From Rhizodiscina lignyota (taxonomy: Eukaryota), in contig ML978133.1 in the NCBI GenBank assembly GCA_010015805.1, positions 124,001-188,000 of the forward strand: DNA of 64,000 bases, written 5' to 3'. Position 1 is the first letter of the stretch. The number at the start of each line of letters is the position of its first letter. The position numbers and the translations under genes were made by a program. Below are positions 23,953-36,997 of this stretch, piece after piece. The notes beneath the pieces are model-generated. The model was not told the origin of the DNA, searched no databases, and saw nothing but the letters and a program-made list of their open reading frames with translations.

Positions 23953-26723
23953 CTAAAGTTCCCAGTCGTTCAAGAATCTGATCTGGACGGCTCGATCATG
24001 ACGCTCTTTCACCCGGACTATTAGCCTTTCACCAGGCATGAGATCGAGCATGTTGTCTTCCCAGATTGGTTCCAAAGCATCTGCACCATCCTGGGTATGG
24101 TCCAAAGACAGAAAACAACCCTTGACAGGAAAATTGGCCTCCAGGGTCACGGCATCCCAATCCGGCTCATCCTTGGAGACATTCACTTGAACCTTCGTAT
24201 CCTTTGGCCATCGTAAATACCGGTATGGCTCGGGCCAGTTCACAATCCGAGAGAGAACCTTGCCATCTGAATCCAGCAACTTAGCACACAACACGACGAG
24301 CGATTCCTCGGTCAAGGACTCCGGGTTCCCGAGTTCGCCGAGCTCCGTATTGCAGCCAGCCGTCAAGATTATATCCCTTCCACCTTCAGCGAAGTCGATC
24401 TTCTTCTGCGTATGCATGTCCCAAGCCTCAATCTTCAGCTTTGCTTTTACTTCCTCAACCGAAGTGTTGTGCGCGAAGAGCTTGAAATGGGGAATCTCGC
24501 CCTCGCGGGGCTTGTCTTCGTCGATCCATCTCGACCATGGCTTGCGTTCGATCCCAATGGACACAGGAGCAAAAGCTCTTGCAATGGTGTAGAAAGCGGG
24601 CTTAGGACGCAGATAATAATCGATAAACGCCCAACTGGTGACCGGATACACGTCGTTGAACTGCCATATTATGGCTCCTGCGCATTCCTCTTTCCCCTTG
24701 CCGCCAAACTTCCGCTTCCAGTCGCGTAGCGCATATCCGTATGCTTCGCTCTGCAGAAGCTGACTGCAGTAGACGAAGTCCTCGAGCTTATTACTGTATC
24801 GGAAATTCTCAGCTAAATACCGAGCGATGCGGATCTCAGCGCCATGACCTTTGTTGTGGCAGTCAATTGCTTTGCTCTGCGGATGCCGGTCTTCCTCGTT
24901 CGGCGCGAAGATGAGGACAGTTCGCATGTCCGGGTAGCCGTGCATTCCGAACTCGGACACGAAGCGGCTGGAGAGGTTCTTGTACTGCTGGTAAGGCAGC
25001 TGCTTCAGGTGCCATACTTCCCACATGTGGGTGTCGCCGATCGTGGGATCGTTCGCGGTTTCGGAGCCTCCCCATGGAGAATTAGGCCAGTATGGGATAG
25101 AAGGAGCGAGATATTTGGCCACCTTTGGCAGAATCTTCAGGTAGATCTCGCGCTGAGGAAAGTCCGTGTCCAGAAACGGGCCCTCGGTGTCATCGTGATC
25201 GTACTCGATCTTCTTGCGTCCGAACTCGTGCGCCCAGTCCGCAAGCATAAAATCCTCATTGCCGCCGCATAGCAGCGCGAGACTCGCCCTGTTCCGCAGC
25301 CTGCGTGTCTGCGCCTCGGCCTCTTCGTGCACATTTTCTAAGAACGACGGATGCGTGGGATAGTCGCCGCACGCGAACGCGTAGTCGTGCCACACCAGAA
25401 TACCCAGCTCGTCGCACGCATCGAAGAAGTCCTCACTCTCATAGATCCCGCCGCCCCAGATGCGCAGCATGTTGAGGTTACAGCGCTGTGCAAGCCGGAT
25501 CCAAGAGTAATAGCGCGAACGACTGATGCTTGGTAGCAGCATATCGCACGGGATCCAGTCGCCGCCTTGGATAAAAATGTCCCGCCCGTTGACGTTGAAG
25601 AGGAATGTGCGGCCTGGGGCGGAGTCGAGTGGACGTTGGATTAGAGTGATGGTACGGATGCCGAAGCGCGTAGAGTGCGTGTCAAGAACGGTGGAGCTGG
25701 AGATGAGCAGACGCGCGGTTGCGGTGTAGAGGTGCTGCGCGCCTTGGAGATGGGGCCACCAGAGCTTGGGAGAGGCAACGGTGATGGGCGTGGGAAGCTT
25801 GATCGTCGACGAAGCAGAGATGGGGAATGTCGTCTGCGATACAGTGCTGCCGGCTTGGTCGATGAGGCTAAGCTCGAGTGAAGCATCCCGAACTGGCGAG
25901 CCCGACAGAGTAACTTCGCAGTTGATTTCCGCGTATGAGTGGTCGTCTGCCAGTTTGGTGATGACATGAAGGTCGGAAATCCGAGAGGTGTACGTTTCCA
26001 GGTAGACCGGCATGTACGGCCCGCTGGTCACCATAACCGGGCCCCAGTCCCATCCCCAATGGTACTGGATAACGAAGTTAGGATATGTATTGGACGAATT
26101 AGACATAGAGGTTAGGGATAGAAAACCTGTGCTTTCCGCATATGCATTCTCTTCTTGTCTCGCATCATTGAAAACCTCGCTCCATACTCTTGCTCTAGTT
26201 GTTCTCCCTTCTTCACTGCGCTTTCGAATATGATAATTAGCTCGTTCTCCTGCTCTGCTGCGCGGAGATGTGATTTCACATCGACACGGTACGGAATGAA
26301 CATGTTATCGCTTTGAAGAATTTGCTGTCCGTTTAGCGTAGCCGTCGCGAATGTGTCCAATCCCTCACACACGAGCTCGATATGTTCCGATGCGAGTGCG
26401 GGATCGGGAGTGGTGAACGTGCAGCAGTATTCCCAATCGCACTTCCCGACCCACTGGATAAGCCGCTCATTTTCGCCGACATTCGCGTCGGGGATAAGGC
26501 TGAGGTGAAGCAATTCTTGATGTATGACAGATGGAAATGCATGGCAAGCATGCCAGTCCTCGAGTTTACTTTCCAATCCACCGGGAATAACACTGCTGTT
26601 TGAGGATGAGAGACGCCATTTCCAGGAGGATTGAGGAAAGAAATGACTTCTGCGTGAAACGGACATGATAGGATCAGTAGGCTGTGACATATGATGCAGT
26701 AGCGACGTCAAACGAGATGCCAT
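23953..26723 (-). CDS. GH2 beta-mannosidase-like glycoside hydrolase, no signal peptide (intron ~26066-26126)
   Basis: EGLDTFA, SDNMF, RKAQ|YHWGWDWGP, NMLRIWGGGIYE, CDELGILVW, GGNE (acid/base), FVSEFGMHG (nucleophile), IWQFNDVYP. Confidence 0.93.
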
Positions 26724-27614
26724 TGTTTGAGAGAACGAAAAGTGAGGAAGGGGGGTAGGTACGGAGTGCAGTGAGTTCCTGATAGAAGTACGTCCTCGTG
26801 CTCCGGTAGGCTCGAAGGTCCTGCATATTGGTCCACTTAAGGAAGTAGCTGCAGGACCACCAGAACGACGAGCCTCTTCGGAACTAACGGCAGAGCGACA
26901 CAAAGCATGAAGAAGAAATGTTAAATCCGAACCGAATCGAGACCTGCAAAGCATTTCTGAGGCTTCGACTCCTGATATAGCATAGCTTACATGACTCACG
27001 CCTCCCGACGAGCCGAGATTCCATGACCTTTCTCCGACGCCGCTCAACCCAGCTTCAACGCCGTTGACACAGACAGACAGTCTAGACCCTCTCATGGCTT
27101 GCTTGCAACTTGAGCCTCAATTCGCTTCTGACGCTGGTGCTCGCTTAGAGATGATGGAATTTGCATTTTACCGACTTGGACATCGACTTTTCGCTTGCAC
27201 GAAGGTCACAATTGCGCCAGAAGTAACTCTCTGAGATTCCAACTGATGCATGCTCCCGAGATGCAAAGTCGATCTCTACTCTTACCAGTTATCACTTCCG
27301 TACACGCCGGGCCAAAAAGAGTGGATCACAGCCAGCATCCTCAAACTCCACGAGGAGATCGGCAGCAGCGCTTAAGGGGACATGTCCTGCCCTGAACGGA
27401 GAGTTCCGTGGAGAAGTTGGGGTGCAGCGGGATATCCGAGAATGTCTCATCAGACCGCCAATGGTTAAATTCAGCTGTGTATAAGACGCCATTAGAGCAC
27501 TACAACCAGAAGTACCCCAAGCTTAGGAGGAACAGGCAAAGTTTACGATCCTACAGCACAAGAGCAAGGGGGAATGAGGAGCTAGCCAAGAGGCCAAGAG
27601 GCGATCTCTGGTCG

Positions 27615-28753
27615 CTAAAACGTCTTCAATGCACCGCCCTCTTCCCCAGACTTAAGCATCGACTCCATCAGAACTAGATCGCCAAGGCCTTCCTCTGGGA
27701 TTTGTCTCGCGTCAGGTTTGCCCTCTTGGATACTTCGTGCAAAGGCATCGAATTCTGCTACAACACCGGAATCGGCTTCGGTCTCCTGCTTGACCTCAAT
27801 AGACTTCCCGTCAGGGCCTTTCGTTGAGACTGTAACGTTGGTCGGAGTCACTGTCACGCGGCCTTTGGTAGTGACAATCTCGAGCTCCAAGCCAGATTTG
27901 TGCTCTGTGCTCCAAGAGCAGACGAATGTGCCGGCATTCCCGGACTCCAGACGCCAAACGCTGTGTAGAGTATCGACAGGCACCATCTTCTCCTGCAGTA
28001 AAGCCGAGAACGCGCTAAGAGCGCACACCTTCTCGCCTGCTGCCTGAAGCAAGGAACGCATGCCAGCAACAAAATGTATACCGCCATCGAGCAAGAATCC
28101 GCCTTGGTAATCGGGGACTTTTCGCCTACGGCCAGTGAGCAAGGTCCAATCCGCATCCGCACTGTCATGCTTACCATTCAGTGTTGAGATACTTGTTATC
28201 GTCCTCCATGAAAGTATTTAACTTCGTATGGAAGGTGACTACTTTGCCGCCAAGCTCTTTTACTTTCTGAACCCCAGTCAGGATAGAATTCATGAACCGC
28301 ATGTTCTCTGCTATTCCCCAAATCAACGACGGAGGAAGACTATCGTAATAGTCCATCAGGCTCTTGGCAGTTACGAGATCTTTCGCAATTGGCTTCTCGC
28401 TCAAGACATGCTTTCCAGCAGCCAGCGACTTCCTAATGTAGTCAGGCTGAGAGTTGATTGGCAACGCGATAGTCACCACGTGGATGTCATCCCGTTTTAA
28501 TAGGGCATCCAAAGATCGCTCTTCAGCTGCTGGAGACTCAAAGTAGGCGTCTACGTTTTGATCTTTCCCGAGTTTCTCTGCCGATGACTGAGACCGACTA
28601 TACACAGCCTTTAGGGAAAGGAGACTGCACTTCTCGACTGCAGGTACATGTTCTGGACGATGGTGTTATTCAGCCTCCTTTTTCAGTCATGTGGAGTCAG
28701 GTACCTTCTGTGGCATAGAGCCCGGCGCCGAGAATAGCAACACCAATGGCCAT
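27615..28753 (-). CDS. Gfo/Idh/MocA-family NAD(P)-dependent oxidoreductase (2 introns)
   Basis: MAIGVAILGAGLYA..EH Rossmann start; AAGKHVLSEKPIA; GIAEN.RF; YQGGFLLDGGIHFVAGMR. Confidence 0.92.
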
Positions 28754-29820
28754 GGTGCTCCGTACAACGTCAGTCAATTTAAAGACTCTGATGCAGTATT
28801 GCAAATCAAGAAGTACAGTATGTCATTCGGACTTGTTTCCGTTAACTATCGGAACTGGGAAGGAAGACGCCACCTTTAGATAATCAGGTCCCAAGGGAAT
28901 GGAAGAAGCGAGATTTTCATGCACAACTATGCGAGCAATGACTGAGAGATCCTGCACCCTTCCGAATCCCCGTGCGATACGTATCAAACTACCGATTTCC
29001 CCGGCGCAAGACAGCCAACCATCGAAAACATGAGCAGAGGGGGAAAAGACGCTCTGGGCGACGGACGCCACTATCGTACAACTACCCGTGACCCTTGTCC
29101 CTGCACGACACGGGAGCTAAGGCTGAGTCCCACAGCTCCACACCTCTCTCGAGTCTCGTCGGCAGTCATCAACCACACTCATGTCAGCGTCTTTTACCAG
29201 CCGCGCCTGACTCGTGCTAGACTTCATTGTCTCCGTAGTACGACACGAACCGATGCACCCCGACCTCCCGCGGGAGAGTGGCAGTAGCAGCTGACGGCGT
29301 GTAATCCAGCGAGTTGAAGGGCCAGCGAGCTACGGGACGGTCGACAGCGAATCGCGGGGCTGCCAATAACCATTCTCGCGCGCGAGCGAAGGGGCGCCTG
29401 TCACAAAACGGCGCGAACTGGCAGAGGCACTTTTATCCGGGCTGACCAGGGTGAAGCTCTCTTTTTGCACCGAGGGACGTTTTGACGTGCACCCTCTACC
29501 CACCTTCAACCAACCCCCATCCCGCGGATGTGCTGCAGGACCCATATTGGCTCCTTTGACCTCGTGCGGCTACGAGCGCTAGAGATGAATGGAACGCCAG
29601 TAACATGCCCAGAATCCGCACCAGGAGCTAGGGTGTTCAGTGATGCAACCGAATAGGGCTTTACTCGAGGCTTGCTAATTGTACTTATGCCCATCTCACG
29701 TCTGTTCGACACCGGACGTGTCCGTCTCATATAATTCCATCCTTGGCATATAATTCCATCATCAGGAGTTTTCGACTTATTTTTATACGCTCTGACTTCT
29801 CGTTTTCGCTCTCTGTAAAC

Positions 29821-30920
29821 ATGGCTGCCGAAGCAATGCCACTTCAACATCAACAGATCACGACCGTTCACCTCTCGGACAAAGAACGGACGTTAGGCTC
29901 GCTGACCGATGAGAATCTGGGCATCGCTGTGTCTGCCATACATAGAGATGGCATTGTTGTCCTCGAGAATGCAGTACCTGCTGAGCACTGCGACACGTTG
30001 AACAACATCCTCATGCGCGAGGCTGAGAGCATGGCAAAGCTGCCCACCACCCACTTCAACGAGGTACGTACGCTTCTTTATACGCCGGGATTGGGCTATT
30101 AAGCTATTCGCAGAACTCTATCGATGGTAAATCCACGGGCAACATGTCTCAAGGCCCGCCTCTCGACCCTGCTCTCATGTATACCTCGATCTGGGCTAAT
30201 CAACCCGCCGCACACGTCCTCTCGTACGTCCTAGGTCCAAATCCACGCGTTAACTTCGTCAATGGCAACACCGCACTCGGTGGCTTCAATGGCGCTCGGC
30301 AGCGCGTGCACGCAGACCTCAGCTTCAACCACGCGCGGCTCCCGTGGGGCATCGTCACAAACTACTACCTCATGGACGTCAGCCCGGCCAACGGCAGCAC
30401 GGAGATATGGCTCGCTTCGCATCAGGGGTCGTTCGCAGACCACCGCAACTGCTTTGTGGATGATGTCGACGAGGACTCGAGCGAGGAGGCGAAGATCGCC
30501 GTTTTCGGCATCAAGGAAGAATTATACGAGGCCAGGCGCAAGTGGGCGCCGCCCATCCAACCAGTGGTGAAGAAGGGTAGCGTCATCCTGCGCGACTTGA
30601 AACTATGGCACGCGGGCCTCTGCAACCCCAGCCCGGATCCGAGGATCATGCTGGCTTTCGTACATACTTCGAGCTGGTACCATTGTCCAACGAAGGTGGT
30701 TCTGCCAGAGTCGGCAAGGGAGTTGGTAGAGCAATGGGCAAAGCAGGAACATCCGATTATGTATCATGCGCATTTCGTGCCCAAGGAGCTCGATCATAAG
30801 AAAGTCAAGTTCAATCCGAACTTCAGCAGTAAGAATAAGGGGTACATATCTATGCTACCAGACCTGCCTCGGGGCTTCATTTTCGGGGAGGATGATGAGG
30901 CAGATGCCGTGACGAGCTGA
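29821..30920 (+). CDS. Fe(II)/2-oxoglutarate dioxygenase, PhyH family (KanJ-like) (intron 30064-30113)
   Basis: HRDGIVVLENAV, GNMSQGPPL, RQRVHADL (HxD), NGSTEIWLASH, KKGSVILRDLKLWHAGLCN..PRIMLA (distal His, 2OG-binding Arg). Confidence 0.9.
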
Positions 30921-31176
30921 GACATGCTGAGCAATGTACGCTAGAAGAGACAGACCAAATTTGTAGTCTGGGTTGGGTTAGTTGCTGGCGTCGTGCGGTC
31001 GGGTTTAATGATACCTTGATACGTCTGGGGTCTTTCATTCACTTTTGCAATCACCAATGGACTCATCACAACGAAGATCTCATGCTTATCATGACAACGA
31101 TTCTGTACCTATGCCCCTCGAAGAAGTCCTCATATAGACGAGTCTATCCAATAGTATTGATGGCCCTTGTACGACA

Positions 31177-34100
31177 TTACAATATCTCTTTCATGACGTC
31201 TTGCAAAATGGGGCGTTGATTGAACAGTCCTTTCTGCCCTATCCTCCCCCTCTTTTCTGCTGTCTTCGCCCCGGTCCGCATACTCTGCGGACTTACATTA
31301 GCACCTTCAATGTCTGCTAGGGCTTTTCTCTTCTGAGAACTCCTTGCAGCCAACGGGCTTCTGGTTGGCGAGTCCCCACGCGCTCTTTTCCTTCTCACCT
31401 CTGGACTCATTGACGGCTCGGCCACTTTCCCTGTCGTCGCTTGCGTCTGACTCCCACCACCATCGATGCACACGTGTCCGTCCAGTGCTTCAGCCTTGAG
31501 ATCCACCATCCAGCCCTTCTCGTCACAAATTCTCACCAAGCCCTTCAGGACTTCGTTGCCGCCCCCGGACAGTGTCTTCCTGCTTCCAATTAGGATAAGC
31601 TTGCTCCGAGCTCGCGTCACGGCGACGTTCACTCTGCGCCAATCCTTTAACAAGTCGCCGACATTGCATGTGTCGTTGGACCGCACAAATGACACAACAA
31701 TAGCTTCTTTATCGCGGCCTTGAAACTTGTCTGCCGTGTGCGTCTCTACGCCCGCTGCATCAGCCACATAGTTTCCCTGCCTAGCGCCTTTGACTGGCGA
31801 AAGGGGAGAGCTGCTTGAGAGGTGACGGAGAGACTGCTTTAGCAGCGCAAGTTGACTGCGATAGAACGTTATGACGCCGACTTCCGAAGGGGAGACACCA
31901 CACAGCAAGAAGGAACAAACTGCTTGTACGGTAAGGCGAGCTTCGAGATTGTTGATGATGCGCGGGCCGGAGAGAGTCTCCAAGGATTGGGGAAGATTAT
32001 CGGTGTTGAGGAAGAGGACTTTGCGACCCGGTGAGAGAATAGCCGATAGATGGCAGGATGGTGATGATGGCGCACGGCAGAATGGCGTCACTTGAAGTCG
32101 CATAGATAGAGAGTCGAGATGAAGTGAGGAGAGAGCTGTAAGCTGGGGAACTTGCAGCTCTCGCATTGCGACGTCTTCATTTCCGCACTTCAGTCTTCCG
32201 CTGTAAATGAGCTCGTTCGAGAGAAGCATTACATCTGCGGCCATGCGGTATTGGTGCTCCAGGCTGGTCACTGCTTCGGGGTGATGTTCTGATAGCAGAC
32301 GGAAGAGACTCATATCCAAGCCTCCTTCGAGTGCTTCCTTGTTCTGCACAAGAGGAGGGAGCTGGAAGTGATCGCCAACTAGGACGAACGTCTTCGCCAT
32401 CCGAATCGGACCAAGGCATACTGGCAGTGTGATCTGCGATGCTTCGTCCACGATACAATAGTCGAACCTCCTTTGTGAGAACAATGGATGATTAATTCCT
32501 AGACAGGTGGTTGCGACCACGGGAGGTCTGTGCCACGAGTTGACGACTTCCTCAAGTGAGTCTTTCGGCTGCGCGGCCAAGATGGCGAACTCTTGAACAT
32601 CAGGATGGACCTTTGCAGCAGCACCTAGTCTAAGCACAGAAAAGCCGCCGTCTCTTATCTTCAGCAGAATATTGTCGACAGCGGTGTGAGTGTACGAAGT
32701 AAGCAAAACACTCTTCCCTTGTGATACAAGAGCTCGAATGATGTGCGCAATTGTGGTCGTCTTGCCTGTTCCCGGCATTCCAAGAACGAGAGCATAGTCC
32801 TGTGCTGCCATGACCTTGGCGACTGCTGCTTGTTGATCATGATTCATTTGCATAGACGTGGATGAATCAATTACGTTGCTAGAGGGAGCGTTCTTGAATT
32901 GCGGAGTGCGGTCTTCGATGATAAGCGCGCGGAGGTCTGCAGCCTTGAAGACATCGTCGTCCATGATAGAGATGAGATTATTCCGAACGGTTGCCATGCC
33001 ATTGCTGAATTCGTCCTTGTCTAATCTGTAGACAATAGGCGTTTCGTCCGCAGATTGAGAGGCGACGGTTGGGAAGGAGTCCTTCGATACCTCCATAATT
33101 CCGACAAAATCCTGATTGGAATCCGCGTCGAATCCGGGACGTCGGGTTCGCGCATTGTGTAGACGCCGATCGACAGCGACAGTTATGCGCTTTCTCCTGA
33201 CATTAGTCACATAGCCGTTGGCAAGAGCAAAGTGTCCCTCTTCGTCTGATATTACAATTGGCTCTCCAACTGTAATTTGTGACTCGTTAAAAGAGAATCC
33301 AGGACGGGTCTTCTGTTTAACCATCGTATACTGGAAGCGATTGATCTTTCCGCCCTCTTTCTGTTCAAGTGCAGAGCCAGGTTCGATGATAACGTGCGAG
33401 AAGCATCTACCCAGTCTTTCGCGTTCGTGGCTCAACATCGTCCACAGTTCACGTCGGAACTTCATCATTTCCGATTCCTCCTTTGTTAGAAGTCGATCCC
33501 ACTTGATGAAGAAGTCTCGATGAACTGGCTTAAGATGACCCACGAGATTGTCGAACTTCTCTTTGTCTTTGAACTCATTGCCGTTGCCGTCCTCAGATAA
33601 TCTGTGGTACAGGAAGCACGTCGTCTGAGCGTAGCACTTTCCACACAGGTGAGAACCATTAAGAACAGGCGGAAGCTGTAGTCGCTCTCGCACATAACAT
33701 GCGAGCTCGTTACGCTTCATGACCATGTGCAAAAGCTCGTGTCGTATGGCAGGGATGCGTCTCATTTCCGAAGTCTCGAGATAGTAAAGCACGCCGTAGA
33801 AGACATCCAGGTCATATCGGTCACCCAGGAGCAGAGTGTACAGTGTCGTCTGCGCCTGATGAGCCTCGCTAGCTCGCTTGCCGGTTTTGACTTCCAGTGG
33901 CACAGTAAGTTTCCTCTCTCCGTCTTTGTCAGACATGTGAACCTGTACTGTGGCATCAATGTTGCCTTTCAATCCATATTTCGGTGACCAGATGTGCTCT
34001 TCGATATCCAAGAGCTTGTTAATGCTCATGGTAACCTGCAAGCCGTTGCGATCGTTGACGGTGGATTCGGCAGTGGGTCGAGCCTGAACGAAGGTTGCAG

Positions 34101-36536
34101 CCCAAGATTGCATTTCAGGTAGCTTACTCTTCAAATGCTCCATCACTTGGTTCTCGTTCAACCCAATCTCGGCCATTGTTTCGAAGTGCCTTGGTAGGAG
34201 AGAACCGATAAGCGCTTCCAGCGCTTCCGTTTCCCAACTGTTGGACTTCATCGCCTCCTGGAAGAGCTCATGAAGCAGATGGCCATACAGCTGCGGCGGA
34301 CTGGCTTGCCCCGTTGACTTTACACGATCTTGGAGAACAGCTCGTCTCAGACATTGAAATGAGTCTGCGACGACTGTTGCCGAGACCAAGTGGTCTGGAT
34401 GCAAGATCAACAGATTCTGAGAGTTGTTGATCAAGCATTCACCACTAGGAGAAAATTCCCCGATAACGTGGACGTACGAGCCTTCTATACAAGGAGTATC
34501 GTACCATGCTTGCCGTAGAGTGATGGCCTTGACAGTCTTTCTCTTCTCATCTTCGACGAGGAGCACCTAACGTGTTTGTCAATAAGATGCTATCGATGTC
34601 GAAGAGGACTTCTTACCTTCTCAAATTGTGAGCGACCTCGATCATCTTGATAATGACCCTCGGCTACCTTAGTCACGAGATAACGTTGAATGGCGCGAGA
34701 ATTTTGTTCACTCTTTAGTTTCTTAGTAAATGACTTTCATATCTACAATGGAAAGCGGCCTACTTGAGCTTGACTGGCAGCAGTCCCGTTAGTGTGCTGT
34801 GTAGCAACAGCTTCAGCTGCGACGAATTGTTCGACATCGATGTCATCACCTCCAAAGTCCTCATCCGAATCGAGGTCAATCACATCGGGGTCATTGGCAG
34901 CACCAACAACGTTGGGTGCCTCTTGACCTATATTTCGTTGATTTCCTGGGGGAGCTAGCTGTTTAGATAATCCAGCTGGATGTTGATGCTGAGATGGTTC
35001 TGCTGGTGGTCTCGCATCGTACATGGACGCGACGATTTCCAAATCTGCAGCAAATTCCTCTCCATCATCCTCGAACTCATCAGAATCTTCTTCTTCTTCG
35101 TGTTTCTGAGGACGGTCTGGTTGCTGATGAATTCTGGTTTCGCCGGAATGCCGAACAGGAGACTGTCGGCTATCCTGATTTTCAAGCATTCCATGCTCCT
35201 GCACAATAGGAGGTCTTTGAGCTGCGGCAAGTGCTCCTTGTGATTCAACTGCCTCAATCATGTCGATGTCGATGTCGCCATCTCCAAACTCAGACGAGCT
35301 GGATCGTTCCGATCCTCGATCAGCAGCAGCAATAGCACCAGTCTCCACATGAGCAGCATCTAAATCTGTAGGGGGACTAGATGCGGTTTCTGGTCGCTCA
35401 ACTACTGGGTCTAAACGCTGTAGGGGAGAGCCGTAATCGCCAATACCTAGTCCGCCGGTTTCGGGAAGCGGTGATGAGCTCGAAGGGCCTCGTGGTGAGC
35501 CCGTTGGAGCAGGCTTCGCAAGCGTTTCCTGGATCCTTTCGACGAGTCTTCCGATCCTCGACTCATTAGCTCCAGGTAGATCAACTTCATCAGACGCATC
35601 GTTCGCTGTCGAGACTTTCCCATCACGGAAGGTTCCTGCAGTTCTTCGCCTTTTTGGCTTCGTTGCGCTAGGCCATTCAACTCCGCAGCTGGCCCATCTT
35701 CGCAATCCACTGACGCTTCCAGCTGTTGCTGATGAGTGTGGAGATGATTTCTCTATGAGATGTGCGAATGCGGCCGTTTTTGCACCACCCGGTGTTTCTT
35801 TCAAATCCGCGTCGACGCCGTACCGATTCCACAAGTCCGCAGCTGGATCAGCTTGGGGAGTTCTGAGTGATTTGTGAAGGTTCTGGAGATCGAATGTCTC
35901 ATTGTTGCCGGTGAAAAAAGCTGAAGTCTCGTTCTGTGAGCAAGGTGCTGGTGATGAACTTCGCGCCCTCTTTCTCTTTCGAGCTGGACGATTATCGGGT
36001 GTCGTATTATTGCCACCATGCTGCCAAATCACGCGCTCTTCGGGAGATATTGCGTTCGTGGGGTTTTGATTTGCTGCTTCATCCATCCCTCCTATCAGAT
36101 CAGCGAGCGGTAGCCTCGCTGCAGGAGTTGATGGAGGTATAGCCTTCGCTGCAGGTGCTACGTTGAGACTCTTTGGAGCTTCTTGCACCCGTGACTGCTC
36201 TAATGTCTTCGATATATCATTCGCAGCCTCCTTTTCGTTCTCCTTGTTGGCTTCATCCGCATTCGGCGTCTGAGACGGTTTTCCCTCCATAAATTGAAAA
36301 GCTTTCAGTTTTGTTTTAGTTTGGGTCGAAGGGTCAATTGCCGGTCTAGGCATGACATTATTCGTCTTGTCAGCCTTTGGCTGCAAAACATTGTCGGCGC
36401 TTTTCGTGCGATTCCAGGTTGGTCTCGGCTGTTCAAATTAGCAAGCTACAAGCGTGGCCGGAGAAGGGAAACGGACGCGTGAATTTGTTTTCGCCTTATG
36501 ACTCTGCTCAAAGAAGGATTTCTGGCGAGTCGACAT
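31177..36536 (-). CDS. DNA2: DNA replication helicase/nuclease Dna2 (introns 36429-36476, ~34714-34763, ~34567-34616)
   Basis: LILHPDHLVSAT, CLRRAVL, EEHIWSPKYGLKGNIDAT, PLEVKTG, CxxCxxxxxC Fe-S Cys, GMPGTGKT, DEASQ, VGDHFQLPP, QYRM, DKFQGRDK, RRVNVAVTRAR. Confidence 0.97.
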
Positions 36537-36609
36537 GTGGAATAGAGGATGTGGGTGATGGGATGTTTGTTGTGGAGCATTGCGGGGAGCACGCTGAACA
36601 GACGAGAGG

Positions 36610-36625
36610 ACGCGTCGAGACGCGT
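36610..36625. promoter_or_regulatory. Two tandem MCB elements (ACGCGT) in the DNA2 promoter
   Basis: ACGCGT at 36610-36615 and 36620-36625, about 75-90 bp upstream of the DNA2 ATG. Confidence 0.7.
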
Positions 36626-36997
36626 CGAGCTTTCGGCGCCTTCGGCACACAAACCTCCGTCTCATCCCCCGATTCGGCCATGCCGCGCCAGATAGCCGGC
36701 GCAAAGAAAGTTGGAGCTTCGCGGATGCTCTGCGACGTCGGACCTTCACACGACCTCATCCTCACTTCAGAGAAACGTCTGCAAGTCGGGCTCTGCCATT
36801 GTCAAGCTCTTGAGCAGCCCTGAACGCTTCCTTACTCTCGTTGTCCTCGATTTCCGTGGCAGAACTTTGAAGTTGTGGCGCGAGCTCTGACCCTCTTTTT
36901 AAAGCCTTTATACCTCCCGCGGGATCTCCTCTTTCCTCCGCGACTTCGTTCCTTTTGAGTTCCATCTTCTCTACTACATCCATCTGCACCAGACGTC

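Noticed and set aside
23953..26723. GH2 as exo-beta-glucosaminidase (would fit an amino-sugar cluster)
   Set aside because: The acid/base motif is GGNE with WGWDW, as in beta-mannosidases; glucosaminidases use Asp at this position.
18122..27436. Shared 10-mer GCGGGATATC (18122 and 27427) as a cluster TF site
   Set aside because: Two copies of some 10-mer are expected by chance in several kb of intergenic DNA; not seen upstream of the other cluster genes.
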